Shown here: positions 1 through 9,646 of the stretch, piece by piece | Layout: every line of letters begins with the position of its first letter | Numbering within the stretch: the stretch's first letter is position 1 | From: Nocardioidaceae bacterium | Lineage (GTDB): Bacteria; Actinomycetota; Actinomycetes; Propionibacteriales; Nocardioidaceae | Reading direction: 5' to 3' | Length of the DNA: 64,000 nt | NCBI GenBank assembly: GCA_036375975.1 | Contig: DASVBF010000141.1 | Coordinates: forward strand, 1,703-65,702 | The notes under the pieces: model-generated | Databases searched by the model: none | What the model was told of the DNA's origin: nothing | Seen by the model: only the letters and a program-made list of their open reading frames with translations | Made by a program: the position numbers and the translations under genes

Positions 1-1
1 G

Positions 2-430
2 GTCGAGCACCTGAGCGAGGTCCGCGGCCGCGAGCTCGCCGAAGCCGCCGCGGAGCTTCCCCACGGCCGTCGTCGGACGCGCGCCGTCCTGGAGATGCTC
101 GCCGAGCACTTCACGAGCCCGGTGTTCACCGCCGCCCTCGAGCTCTGGGTCGCGGCACGGACGGACCCACACCTCCTTGCCAGCGTCGCTCCTCTCGAGC
201 AGCGCATCGGCCGCGAGATCCACCGTCGTACGGTCGACCTGCTCGGCGTCGACGAGAGCTCTCCCGGTGTCCGCGAGCTGGTTCAGGCCACTCTGGACCT
301 CGTGCGGGGGCTGGGCCTGGCGAACACGATCACCGACGACACCGCGCGCCGCAGGCGCATCCTCGACCAGTGGGCCGGCACCCTCGACGCCCGGATCAGC
401 GACCTCGAAGACAAGGAGGGGAGCCGATGA
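2..430 (+). CDS. TetR-family transcriptional regulator, C-terminal part (5' end outside window)
   Basis: The frame is open from nt 2 with no stop. Helical C-terminal sequence ([18 protein letters not shown]...[11 protein letters not shown]) is typical of TetR ligand-binding domains. The HTH is not in the window. The stop overlaps the next start (ATGA at 427-430). Confidence 0.55.
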   Translation, partial: VEHLSEVRGRELAEAAAELPHGRRRTRAVLEMLAEHFTSPVFTAALELWVAARTDPHLLASVAPLEQRIGREIHRRTVDLLGVDESSPGVRELVQATLDLVRGLGLANTITDDTARRRRILDQWAGTLDARISDLEDKEGSR

Positions 431-1287
431 CCGAGCCGGCCACCCAGCAGGGCACCGCCCAGGCCGCCGATCAGGCCGGGCGCAGGAGGCAGCTCGAGCA
501 GGTCGTGTTCGACCTCGCTGTCGAGGGCGACGCTCTCGACGAGCTGGTCGCGCCCCTCGACGACGACGGCTGGCGGAGGCAGACGCCCGCGGCGGGCTGG
601 AGCATCGCGCACCAGATCGCGCACCTGGCCTGGACCGACGAGGTGGCGGTCAAGGCCGCCACCGACAAGGAGGCCTGGGACGCCCTCGTGCTCCAGGCGA
701 TCGAGGACCCGATGGGCTTCGTCGACAAGGAGGCGGACCGGCTCTCCCAGCTGCCCCCCACCGAGCTGCTCCGGCGCTGGCGCACGGCCCGGACGACCTT
801 GACCGAGACGCTCCTCGCGCTCCCGGAGGGCACGAAGCTGCCGTGGTTCGGGCCGCCGATGAGCCCCACGTCGATGGCGACCGCCCGCTACATGGAGACG
901 TGGGCACACGGGCTCGACGTGGCCGAGGCGCTCGGCGTGCCCCCCGAGCCCACCGACCGGATCCGCCACCTCGTCCATCTCGGGGTGCGCACCCGCAACT
1001 TCGCCTTCTCGGTGCACGAGCTCGAGGCACCGGCCGAGGAGTTCCGCGTCGAGCTCGCCTCGCCCGGCGGAGAGACCTGGGCCTACGGCCCCGAGCACGC
1101 GGCCCAGTCGGTCCGCGGGTCGGCGTACGACTTCTGCCTGCTCGTCACCCAGCGCCGCAACCGTGCCGACCTCGATCTCGTCGCCACGGGGGCCGACGCC
1201 GACCGGTGGCTCGACATCGCGCAGGCCTTCGCCGGCCCACCGGGCTCCGGGCGCGAGCCTGCCGACGCCGAGCGGGGCGACGAATGA
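427..1287 (+). CDS. DinB-like / mycothiol-dependent maleylpyruvate-isomerase-family protein (TIGR03084-like)
   Basis: The ATG at 427 overlaps the upstream stop. It has an N-terminal DinB-type motif ([12 protein letters not shown]...) and high third-position GC. It is translationally coupled to the AtuA-like gene (ATGA at 1284-1287). Confidence 0.7.
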   Translation: MTEPATQQGTAQAADQAGRRRQLEQVVFDLAVEGDALDELVAPLDDDGWRRQTPAAGWSIAHQIAHLAWTDEVAVKAATDKEAWDALVLQAIEDPMGFVDKEADRLSQLPPTELLRRWRTARTTLTETLLALPEGTKLPWFGPPMSPTSMATARYMETWAHGLDVAEALGVPPEPTDRIRHLVHLGVRTRNFAFSVHELEAPAEEFRVELASPGGETWAYGPEHAAQSVRGSAYDFCLLVTQRRNRADLDLVATGADADRWLDIAQAFAGPPGSGREPADAERGDE

Positions 1288-3209
1288 GTACGCCGGGGGT
1301 GCTGCGCGTCGGCAACTGCAGCGGCTTCTACGGCGACCGCCTCTCCGCCATGCGCGAGATGCTCGAGGGCGGCGAGCTCGACGTCCTGACCGGCGACTAC
1401 CTCGCCGAGCTGACGATGCTGATCCTCGGCAAGGACAAGATGAAGGACCCGACGCTCGGCTACGCCCGGACCTTCGTCAAGCAGGCCGAGGAGTGCCTCG
1501 GCCTCGCGCTCGAACGCGGGGTCAAGATCGTCGCAAACGCGGGTGGCCTCAACCCCGCCGGCCTAGCGGACAGGCTGCGACACGTGGCCGCAGCACAGGG
1601 GCTCCAGCCCAGGATCGCGTACGTCCAGGGCGACGACCTGATGCCCCGCGCCTCCGAGCTCGGCATCGAGAACGCCCTCACCGCGAACGCCTACCTCGGA
1701 GCTTTCGGCATCGCCGCCGCCCTCGACCGCGGCGCTGACCTCGTGGTCACCGGGCGGGTGACCGACGCCTCGGTCGTCATCGGCCCTGCCGCCTCGCACT
1801 TCGGCTGGAAGCCGACGCAGTACGACGAGCTGGCCGGCGCCATGGTCGCAGGCCACATCATCGAGTGCGGCACCCAGGCAACCGGCGGGAACTTCTCCGG
1901 CTTCCGGGCGTTCAAGCCCGACACCCGACCCCTCGGCTTCCCGATCGCCGAGATCGCGGCCGACGGCAGCAGCGTCATCACCAAGCACCCCGGCACCGGC
2001 GGGGTCGTCACGAGGGACACGGTCACGGCGCAGCTCGTCTACGAGATCAGCGAGCCGACGTACCTCGGTCCCGACGTCGCCGCCCGCCTCGACACGATCG
2101 AGCTCACCGACGAGGGCGGTGACCGGGTCCGGGTGTCCGGGGTCCGAGGTGAGGCGCCGCCGGAGCAGCTCAAGGTCTGCGTCAACGAGCTCGGCGGGTT
2201 CCGCAACTCGCTGGAGTTCGTCCTCGTCGGCCTCGACATCGAGCCCAAGGCCGACTGGGTGCGCCTCCAGATGGAGGCCGCGCTCGAGAAGAACCGCCCG
2301 GCCACGGTCGAGTGGAGCCTCGCCCGCACCGACCACGACGACTCCTCCACAGAGGAAGGCGCGAGCTGCCGGCTGCGCTGCTCGGTGAAGGACCCGGACC
2401 CGAACGTCGTGGGCAAGGCCTTCACGGCTGCCGCGGTCGAGCTCGGCCTCGCCTCCTACCCCGGCTTCACCATGACCGCGCCACCGGCCCCGGCCTCCCC
2501 CTACGGCGTCTACCGCCCCGAGTACGTCGACCGCGCGACCGTCCAGCACACCGTCGTCCACCCCGACGGCACCGCCCAGGTGATCGCCGACGGGCCGACA
2601 GAAGCCGGTCGGAGCGGCGGAGCGGGCGAGACGAAGGACGACGCGCGAAGCGGCGACGAGAGCGCGGCAGTGACTGAGGACGGGCGGAGCGGCGGTGCGG
2701 CCCCGACCGTGGATGGGTCTGGCCCCCGAGCGACGCAGGAGCGAGGGTGGGTGGGCGGGGCCGTGCCGCTGAGCAGCCCGGCCGGAGGCGCAGAGGTGCA
2801 GGGCGCAGGGTCGTCCGCGGCAGAGAAGGCGGAGGCCGTCGCCGACCGAGCCCCGGCAGACACCGTCACCCGCCGCCTCCCCCTCGGCACGTTCGTGCAC
2901 GCCCGCTCGGGCGACAAGGGCGGAGACGCGAACATCGGGCTGTGGGTGGACCGCGCGAAGCACGGTGAGGCGCGGGTGGCGTGGCTGACCAAGTTCGTCA
3001 CGCCCCAGCGGATCCGGGAGATCGTCCCGGAAGCAGCGGACCTGCCGGTCGACGTGTACCCCCTGCCGAACCTCGGCGCGGTCAACGTCGTGATCAGGGG
3101 CCTGCTCGGGCAGGGGGTTGCCGCGTCGACCCGGTTCGACCCGCAGGCGAAGGCACTGGGTGAGTGGGTGCGTTCGCGCCACGTCAGCATCACGGAGGAC
3201 CTGCTGTGA
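1284..3209 (+). CDS. Acyclic terpene utilisation AtuA-family protein (DUF1446-type) with an internal low-complexity linker
   Basis: The N-terminus [20 protein letters not shown]...[11 protein letters not shown] is characteristic of AtuA/DUF1446. The C-terminal block [17 protein letters not shown] is present. The longer 177..3209 ORF is an upstream run-on in the same frame. Confidence 0.75.
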   Translation: MSTPGVLRVGNCSGFYGDRLSAMREMLEGGELDVLTGDYLAELTMLILGKDKMKDPTLGYARTFVKQAEECLGLALERGVKIVANAGGLNPAGLADRLRHVAAAQGLQPRIAYVQGDDLMPRASELGIENALTANAYLGAFGIAAALDRGADLVVTGRVTDASVVIGPAASHFGWKPTQYDELAGAMVAGHIIECGTQATGGNFSGFRAFKPDTRPLGFPIAEIAADGSSVITKHPGTGGVVTRDTVTAQLVYEISEPTYLGPDVAARLDTIELTDEGGDRVRVSGVRGEAPPEQLKVCVNELGGFRNSLEFVLVGLDIEPKADWVRLQMEAALEKNRPATVEWSLARTDHDDSSTEEGASCRLRCSVKDPDPNVVGKAFTAAAVELGLASYPGFTMTAPPAPASPYGVYRPEYVDRATVQHTVVHPDGTAQVIADGPTEAGRSGGAGETKDDARSGDESAAVTEDGRSGGAAPTVDGSGPRATQERGWVGGAVPLSSPAGGAEVQGAGSSAAEKAEAVADRAPADTVTRRLPLGTFVHARSGDKGGDANIGLWVDRAKHGEARVAWLTKFVTPQRIREIVPEAADLPVDVYPLPNLGAVNVVIRGLLGQGVAASTRFDPQAKALGEWVRSRHVSITEDLL

Positions 3210-4348
3210 GCTTCTTCAGCCCCGAGCAGGAGGCCCTGCGCGAGAGCGCGAGAGCCTTTGTACGCAAGGAGATCCTGCCGCACCTCCAGGAGTGGGAGGA
3301 CGCCTGCGAGGTGCCGCGCGAGCTGCACCGGGCGGCGGCCAAGCAGGGCTTCCTCGGGCTCGGGGTCCCGGAGGAGAAGGGTGGCAGCGGCGGCTCGTTC
3401 CTCGACGCGCTGGCGCTGACCGAGGCGATGGCGGAGGCCGGGGCGAGCTCGGGCCTGCTGGCGGCTCTGTTCACCTCCGGCATCGCTTTGCCCCACATCG
3501 TCGACGCCGGCAGCAGCGACCTCGTCGACCGGTTCGTCCGGCCCACGCTGGCCGGCGAGACCATCGGGTCGCTCGCGATCACCGAGCCCGGGGGCGGGTC
3601 GGACGTCGCGAACATCCGGACCTCCGCCGTACGCGACGGCGACTCCTACGTCGTCAACGGAGCCAAGACGTTCATCACCTCCGGCGTACGCGCCGACTTC
3701 GTCACGACGGCGGTGCGCACGGGAGGGCCGGGCTACGCCGGGGTGAGCCTGCTCGTCGTCGAGAAGGGCACGCCCGGGTTCGAGGTCACCCGGTCGCTGT
3801 CGAAGATGGGCTGGCACTGCTCGGACACCGCCGAGCTGTCGTACACCGACGTCCGCGTCCCCGTAGCCAACCTCGTGGGCGAGGAGAACGCCGGCTTCGC
3901 ACTCATCGCCCAGCAGTTCGTGACGGAGCGGCTCGCGCTCGCGGTGCACGGCTACGGCATCGCCGCACGGGCGCTGGACCTCAGCGTCGAGTACGCCAAG
4001 CAGCGCGAGACCTTCGGCAAGCCGCTGATCGCTCGACAGGTGGTGCAGCACAAGCTCGTCGAGATGCACCGCAAGGTCGACGTCGCGAGGACCTATACCC
4101 GCGAGATCGCCCGGCGCTTCGTCGCCGGCGAGAACCCGCTCGCCGAGGCCCTGCAGGCCAAGGCGATCGCCGTGGAGGCCTGCAGCTTCGTCGTCGACGA
4201 GGCCGTCCAGATCCACGGCGGCACCGGATACATGCACGGGATCGAGGTCGAGCGGGCCTACCGCGACGCCCGGATCCTCGGAATCGGAGGAGGAGCCACC
4301 GAAGTGCTCAACGACCTGACCGCACGACTGCTTGGCTACACGCCATGA
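3206..4348 (+). CDS. Acyl-CoA dehydrogenase
   Basis: The GTG at 3206 overlaps the upstream stop (GTGA). ACAD motifs are present (ITEPGGGSDV, GAKTFITSG, IHGGTGYM). Confidence 0.85.
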   Translation: MSFFSPEQEALRESARAFVRKEILPHLQEWEDACEVPRELHRAAAKQGFLGLGVPEEKGGSGGSFLDALALTEAMAEAGASSGLLAALFTSGIALPHIVDAGSSDLVDRFVRPTLAGETIGSLAITEPGGGSDVANIRTSAVRDGDSYVVNGAKTFITSGVRADFVTTAVRTGGPGYAGVSLLVVEKGTPGFEVTRSLSKMGWHCSDTAELSYTDVRVPVANLVGEENAGFALIAQQFVTERLALAVHGYGIAARALDLSVEYAKQRETFGKPLIARQVVQHKLVEMHRKVDVARTYTREIARRFVAGENPLAEALQAKAIAVEACSFVVDEAVQIHGGTGYMHGIEVERAYRDARILGIGGGATEVLNDLTARLLGYTP

Positions 4349-4397
4349 GCACCCCAGGAGGCCGCTCACTGCGTTCACAGCTTTCCGGGGACCCCGC

Positions 4398-6014
4398 ATG
4401 AGCGCCGACACGATCGCCCCCGAGGCGGCGCCGGCCCAGCCCCAGAGCCGTCGGGAAGCGATGCTCGAGAAGCTCGCGGCTCTGGAGGCCGAGCACGCCA
4501 AGGCGGTCGAGGGCGGCGGCGAGAAGTACATCGCCCGTCACCGCAAGCGAGGCAAGCTCCTGGCGCGCGAGCGCATCGAGCTGCTCGTCGACGAGGGCTC
4601 GGCGTTCCTGGAGCTGAGCCCGCTGGCGGGCTGGGGCTCGGACTACAAGGTCGGTGCCAGCGTCGTCACAGGCATCGGGGTCATCGAGGGCGTCGAGTGC
4701 ATGATCATCGCCAACGACCCGACCGTCCGCGGTGGCGCCAGCAACCCGTGGACGGTGAAGAAGGTCTTCCGCGCCGCCCAGGTCGCCCGCGAGAACCGGC
4801 TGCCCAGCGTCAACCTCGTCGAGTCCGGTGGCGCGGATCTTCCGTCCCAGAAGGAGATCTTCATCCCGGGCGGCGACCTGTTCCGGGGACTCACCAAGGC
4901 CAGTGCCGCCAAGACCCCGACGATCGCGCTGGTGTTCGGGAACTCGACCGCGGGCGGTGCGTACGTCCCGGGCATGAGTGACTACGTCGTCATGGTGAAG
5001 GAGGGCGCCAAGGTCTTCCTCGGCGGTCCGCCACTGGTGAAGATGGCCACCGGCGAGGAGTCCGACGACGAGTCGCTCGGGGGCGCGGAGATGCACGCGC
5101 GCACCTCCGGGCTGGCCGACTACCTCGCCGTCGACGAGTACGACGCGATCCGCCTCGGCCGCCGCATCGTGGCGCGGCTGAACTGGCGCAAGGCCAGGCA
5201 GTCGCCTGCCCCGACGTACGCCGAGCCAGCCAAGGACGCCGACGAGCTGCTCGACCTGATCCCCACGGACCTCAAGGAGCCGTTCGACCCCCGTGACGTG
5301 ATCGAGCGGATCTGCGACGGGGTCAGCGAGGACAACAAGGTCGTCTTCGACGAGTTCAAGCCCCTCTACGGCCCGTCGCTGGTCACCGGGTGGGCGAAGG
5401 TCCACGGGCACCCCGTCGGCATCCTCGCGAACGCCCAGGGCATCTTGTTCTCCGAGGAGTCCCAGAAGGCCGCGCAGTTCATCCAGCTCGCCAACCAGAT
5501 CGACGTACCCCTGCTCTTCCTGCACAACACCACCGGCTACATGGTCGGCAAGGAGTACGAACAGGGCGGCATCATCAAGCACGGCGCCATGATGATCAAC
5601 GCGGTCAGCAACTCCACCGTGCCGCACATCTCGATCTTGATGGGCGCCTCCTACGGCGCCGGGAACTACGGCATGTGCGGGCGGGCGTACGACCCGCGCT
5701 TCCTCTTCACCTGGCCGTCGGCGAAGTCCGCGGTCATGGGGCCGCAGCAGCTCGCCGGCGTGCTCTCGATCGTGGCCCGCGCTGCTGCTGAAGCGAAGGG
5801 CGAGGTGTACGACGAGGAGGGGGACGCGGGCTTGAGGAAGTACGTCGAGGATCAGGTCGAGGCCGAGTCCCTGCCGTTCTTCCTCTCCGGCCGGCTGTAC
5901 GACGACGGGGTGATCGACCCGCGCGACACCCGCACCGTGCTGGGCATCGCCCTGTCCGTGATCGACAACGCCCCCTATGAGGGCACCGACCGCTTCGGCG
6001 TCTTCAGGATGTGA
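4398..6014 (+). CDS. Acyl-CoA carboxylase carboxyltransferase (beta) subunit, methylcrotonyl/geranyl-CoA carboxylase type
   Basis: It is a full-length carboxyltransferase fold (GGGEKYIARHRKRGKLLARERIELL..., two CT half-domains). The ATG at 4398 was chosen over the upstream in-frame start at 4332. Confidence 0.85.
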   Translation: MSADTIAPEAAPAQPQSRREAMLEKLAALEAEHAKAVEGGGEKYIARHRKRGKLLARERIELLVDEGSAFLELSPLAGWGSDYKVGASVVTGIGVIEGVECMIIANDPTVRGGASNPWTVKKVFRAAQVARENRLPSVNLVESGGADLPSQKEIFIPGGDLFRGLTKASAAKTPTIALVFGNSTAGGAYVPGMSDYVVMVKEGAKVFLGGPPLVKMATGEESDDESLGGAEMHARTSGLADYLAVDEYDAIRLGRRIVARLNWRKARQSPAPTYAEPAKDADELLDLIPTDLKEPFDPRDVIERICDGVSEDNKVVFDEFKPLYGPSLVTGWAKVHGHPVGILANAQGILFSEESQKAAQFIQLANQIDVPLLFLHNTTGYMVGKEYEQGGIIKHGAMMINAVSNSTVPHISILMGASYGAGNYGMCGRAYDPRFLFTWPSAKSAVMGPQQLAGVLSIVARAAAEAKGEVYDEEGDAGLRKYVEDQVEAESLPFFLSGRLYDDGVIDPRDTRTVLGIALSVIDNAPYEGTDRFGVFRM

Positions 6015-6048
6015 GTGCGACGTGACCACCAAGATCTCACCGCCCTCG

Positions 6049-6101
6049 TTTGAAGCAAGATGGCTGTGCTCGCGCCTCCAACGGGTGCAACTTGCTTCAA
6101 A
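6049..6101. repeat. AT-rich perfect 11-bp inverted repeat with a 31-nt spacer inside the carboxylase operon
   Basis: The arms are tttgaagcaag (6049-6059) and cttgcttcaaa (6091-6101), read directly from the sequence. Confidence 0.8.
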
Positions 6102-6320
6102 TCGTTGCGTCGATCCGATCGGAACCCGCGCCGACCGGCCGGCGGGCCAGGCCGTCATGCCGGCGCACGCAGACGCCCGGCCGGCGCCCGCAGGCGCTTG
6201 GGCGGCGCGTCGCCCGACGAGCTCACTGCCGGGCCGGCTCCCGCTGCGGGCGCCGCGGCCAAGCCCTTCGACGCTCCCCGCGGGCACCGTCCGGTCGTCC
6301 GCCCCTCGACGGAGGACCTC

Positions 6321-8360
6321 ATGACCATCCAGCGGCTGCTTGTGGCGAACCGGGGGGAGATCGCCCGTCGGGTCTTCCGGACCTGTCACAAGCTCGGGAT
6401 CGAGACCGTCGCGGTGTTCTCCGACGCCGACGCGGACCTGCCGTTCGTGCGTGAGGCCGATGTGGCGGTGCGGCTACCCGGCAGCTCCCCGGGCGAGACG
6501 TACCTCCGCGGCGACCTGGTCGTCGAGGCGGCGCTGAAGGCCGGAGCCGACGCGATCCACCCCGGCTACGGGTTTCTCTCCGAGAACGCCGAGTTCGCCC
6601 GCCGGGTGATCGGCGCCGGCCTGACCTGGGTCGGCCCGACGCCCGAGTCGATCGACTCGATGGGGTCGAAGGTCGAGGCGAAGAAGCTCATGGAGAAGGC
6701 CGGCGTCCCGGTGCTCGGCGAGGTCTCGCCGGCCTCGGCGACCGAGCAGGACCTCCCGCTCCTGGTGAAGGCCTCTGCGGGCGGCGGCGGCCGCGGCATG
6801 CGGGTCGTGCGCTCGCTGTCCGACCTCGAGCACCAGGTCGAGCTCGCCGCGAACGAGGCGGCCTCCGCCTTCGGCGACCCGACGGTGTTCTGCGAGCCGT
6901 ACGTCCAGCACGGCCGCCACGTCGAGGTCCAGGTCGTCGGCGACAGCCACGGCACCGTCCTGGTGCTCGGCGAGCGGGACTGCTCGATCCAGCGCCGGCA
7001 CCAGAAGGTCGTGGAGGAGACCCCGGCGCCCGGTCTGTCGCCGCAGACCCGCCAAGCGCTGCACGAGGCTGCACGCAACGCCGCCCACGCCATCGACTAC
7101 GTCGGCGCCGGGACGGTCGAGTTCCTCCTGTCGGGGGACCGGTTCTGGTTCCTGGAGATGAACACCAGGCTCCAGGTCGAGCACCCCGTGACGGAGCTCG
7201 TGACGGGTCATGACCTCGTGGCGATGCAGATCGCGGTCGCGGAGGGGCAGCCGCTGGAGCCGGGCGGCGGGTCGCCCCGGGGCCACGCCATCGAGGTCCG
7301 CCTCTACGCGGAGGACCCCGCCACCGACTGGCAGCCGCAGAGCGGTCGGCTCACCACCTTCGACGTGCCAGGGGTGTCCGCGGAGTTCGAGAACCCGACG
7401 GGCTACGGAATCCGGCTCGACTCAGGCTTCGTCGCGGGCAACGAGGTGGGCACCCACTACGACGCGATGCTCGCGAAGGTCATGGCATGGGCGCCGACCC
7501 GCGCCGAGGCCGCGCGCAGGCTCGCCGCAGCCCTGCGCCGGTCACGCCTCCACGGCGTGCGCACCAACCGGGACCTGCTGGTCGAGGTGCTGGGCCACGC
7601 GACCTTCCTCGCCGGTGACGTGAGCACCGACTTCCTGGTCGAGCAGCAGCTGCAGGGTCTGGACGACCGCCGGCTCCCCGGCACGTCCACCCAGCAGGCG
7701 CTGATGTTCTTCGCCGCCGCGGTGGCCGTCACGGAGTCGAAGGCGGCGCGTCGTCGCGTGCAGCGGCGGATCCCGACCGCCTGGCGCAACGTGGTCTCCG
7801 TGCCCCAGGTGACGACCTTCGACTTCGACGGCACCGAGGTGCGGGTCGGCTGGCATGCCGGACGCGACGGCTACCGCCTCGCCGCCGTGCACGACGAGGT
7901 GCACCACGCCCGGGCCACCTCGGTGGAGGCGCTCGACGGGCGCTGGCGGGTCGTCGTCGACCACGACGGAGTGGCCCACGCCTTCGAGGTCTTCGCCTCG
8001 AACGACGTGAACGACCGCCGGGTCGACGTCGAGTCCGTGCTCGGGCACCTGGCGCTGACCGTCGTACCCCGCTTCGTCGACCCCGCCGACCAGGTCGCGA
8101 CCGGCTCGCTGCTCGCGCCGATGCCGGGCAGCGTCATCAGCGTCGCGGTGTCGGCCGGGGACAGTGTCGCCGCAGGGCAGACCGTGCTCGTCCTCGAGGC
8201 GATGAAGATGCAGCACACCGTGTCAGCCCCTCACGACGGCGTCGTCACCGACCTCCCCGTGTCGCCCGGGGACCAGGTGGCGGCGGGCGACGTGCTGGCC
8301 GTCGTGCAAGACCAACCCACCGAGACCGAAGCCGCACCCGAAGGAGACAGCAATGACTGA
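6321..8360 (+). CDS. Acyl-CoA carboxylase alpha subunit (biotin carboxylase + BCCP domain)
   Basis: The N-terminus MTIQRLLVANRGEIA is typical of biotin carboxylase. An ATP-grasp core is present. The C-terminal biotinylation motif is LEAMKMQH. Confidence 0.85.
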   Translation: MTIQRLLVANRGEIARRVFRTCHKLGIETVAVFSDADADLPFVREADVAVRLPGSSPGETYLRGDLVVEAALKAGADAIHPGYGFLSENAEFARRVIGAGLTWVGPTPESIDSMGSKVEAKKLMEKAGVPVLGEVSPASATEQDLPLLVKASAGGGGRGMRVVRSLSDLEHQVELAANEAASAFGDPTVFCEPYVQHGRHVEVQVVGDSHGTVLVLGERDCSIQRRHQKVVEETPAPGLSPQTRQALHEAARNAAHAIDYVGAGTVEFLLSGDRFWFLEMNTRLQVEHPVTELVTGHDLVAMQIAVAEGQPLEPGGGSPRGHAIEVRLYAEDPATDWQPQSGRLTTFDVPGVSAEFENPTGYGIRLDSGFVAGNEVGTHYDAMLAKVMAWAPTRAEAARRLAAALRRSRLHGVRTNRDLLVEVLGHATFLAGDVSTDFLVEQQLQGLDDRRLPGTSTQQALMFFAAAVAVTESKAARRRVQRRIPTAWRNVVSVPQVTTFDFDGTEVRVGWHAGRDGYRLAAVHDEVHHARATSVEALDGRWRVVVDHDGVAHAFEVFASNDVNDRRVDVESVLGHLALTVVPRFVDPADQVATGSLLAPMPGSVISVAVSAGDSVAAGQTVLVLEAMKMQHTVSAPHDGVVTDLPVSPGDQVAAGDVLAVVQDQPTETEAAPEGDSND

Positions 8361-9519
8361 GATCGCGTTCGCCGAGTCCGAGGAGCGGCAGACCCTGCGC
8401 AAGGAGGTCGCGAAGCTCGCCTCCGGCTACGGCCGGGAGTACTTCGTGAAGCAGGCCCGCAGCGGCGGCAAGACCACCGACCTGTGGCTGGCGATCGGCA
8501 AGAACGGCTACCTCGGGATCAACATCCCCGAGGAGTACGGCGGGGGTGGCGGCGGCATCGGCGACATCGCCGCGGTCTGCGAGGAGCTCGCCGCACAAGG
8601 ATGCCCGCTGCTGATGATGGTGGTCTCGCCGGCCATCTGCGGCACCGTGATCGCGCGGTTCGGCACCGACGAGCAGAAGCAGCGCTGGCTCCCGGGGATC
8701 TGCGACGGCACCCAGACCATGGCCTTCGCCATCACCGAGCCGGACGCGGGCACGAACTCGCACAACATCACGACGACCGGCCGGCGCGACGGTGACGGGT
8801 GGGTCCTCAACGGCCGCAAGATCTACATCTCCGGTGTCGACGAGGCGGCGAACGTGCTGGTCGTCGCCCGCGCCGAGGACGCGAAGACGGGCAGGCTCAA
8901 GCCCTGTCTCTTCGTGGTGCCGACGGACTCACCCGGATTCGAGTACAAGCCGATCCCGATGGAGATCGTCAGCCCCGAGCAGCAGTTCCAGGTGTTCATG
9001 GACGACGTGCGCCTGCCCGCGGACGCGCTGGTCGGCGACGAGGACGCCGGCCTGGTGCAGCTCTTCGCCGGGCTCAACCCCGAACGGATCATGGCCGCGT
9101 CGTTCTCGACGGGGCTGGCCCGCTACGCCCTCGACAAGGCGGTCGCCTACGTCAAGGAACGGGAGGTCTTCGGTGCGCCGATCGGCTCCCACCAGGGGCT
9201 CGCGCACCCCCTGGCCCAGTCGAAGATCGAGATCGAGCTGGCTCGCCTGATGACCCAGAAGGCGGCAGCCCTCTACGACGCCGGCGACGACCTCGGCGCC
9301 GGGGAGGCGGCCAACATGGCGAAGTACGCCGCGGCCGAGGCGGCGTGTGACGCCGCGGACCGAGCGGTACAGGCCCACGGCGGCAACGGCATCACCCAGG
9401 AGTACGGCGTCGCCGGCCTGCTGGTCGCCGCCCGCGCCGGACGAATCGCCCCTGTCTCCCGCGAGATGATCCTGAACTTCGTGGGCATGCACTCCCTCGG
9501 CCTCCCGAAGTCCTACTGA
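8353..9519 (+). CDS. Acyl-CoA dehydrogenase
   Basis: The ATG at 8353 overlaps the alpha-subunit stop by 8 nt. ACAD motifs are present (ITEPDAGTNS, GRKIYISG, AHGGNGIT). Confidence 0.85.
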   Translation: MTEIAFAESEERQTLRKEVAKLASGYGREYFVKQARSGGKTTDLWLAIGKNGYLGINIPEEYGGGGGGIGDIAAVCEELAAQGCPLLMMVVSPAICGTVIARFGTDEQKQRWLPGICDGTQTMAFAITEPDAGTNSHNITTTGRRDGDGWVLNGRKIYISGVDEAANVLVVARAEDAKTGRLKPCLFVVPTDSPGFEYKPIPMEIVSPEQQFQVFMDDVRLPADALVGDEDAGLVQLFAGLNPERIMAASFSTGLARYALDKAVAYVKEREVFGAPIGSHQGLAHPLAQSKIEIELARLMTQKAAALYDAGDDLGAGEAANMAKYAAAEAACDAADRAVQAHGGNGITQEYGVAGLLVAARAGRIAPVSREMILNFVGMHSLGLPKSY

Positions 9520-9570
9520 CGGCGCGACCCACCACCACCCCCACCCCCTTGTAACGCGGGGTTATGGACG

Positions 9571-9607
9571 GTCCACAAGCGTCATGCCGCTGGGGAACCG
9601 TCCACAA
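9571..9607 (+). promoter_or_regulatory. Direct repeat GTCCACAA x2 (29-bp spacing) upstream of the enoyl-CoA hydratase gene
   Basis: The copies lie at 9571-9578 and 9600-9607 in a 127-bp intergenic region. Their function is unknown. Confidence 0.2.
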
Positions 9608-9646
9608 CACTTGCGAAGATGCTCGGCAGCAGAGAGAAGAGAGCGC

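Noticed and set aside
177-1283. The N-terminal 369 codons of the 1,010-aa ORF 177..3209.
   Set aside because: This part is out of phase with the two well-supported genes it overlaps (TetR and DinB-like) and is Arg/Ala/Pro junk. The recognisable AtuA sequence begins at the ATG at 1284.
6015-6320. An acyl-CoA carboxylase epsilon-subunit ORF, or an N-terminal extension of the biotin carboxylase, in the 306-bp spacer.
   Set aside because: No ORF in the gap resembles the small epsilon peptides. The in-frame upstream extension of the alpha subunit has fairly high GC3, but it is Ala/Pro/Arg-rich and biotin carboxylase domains normally start right at the ..LVANRGEIA motif.
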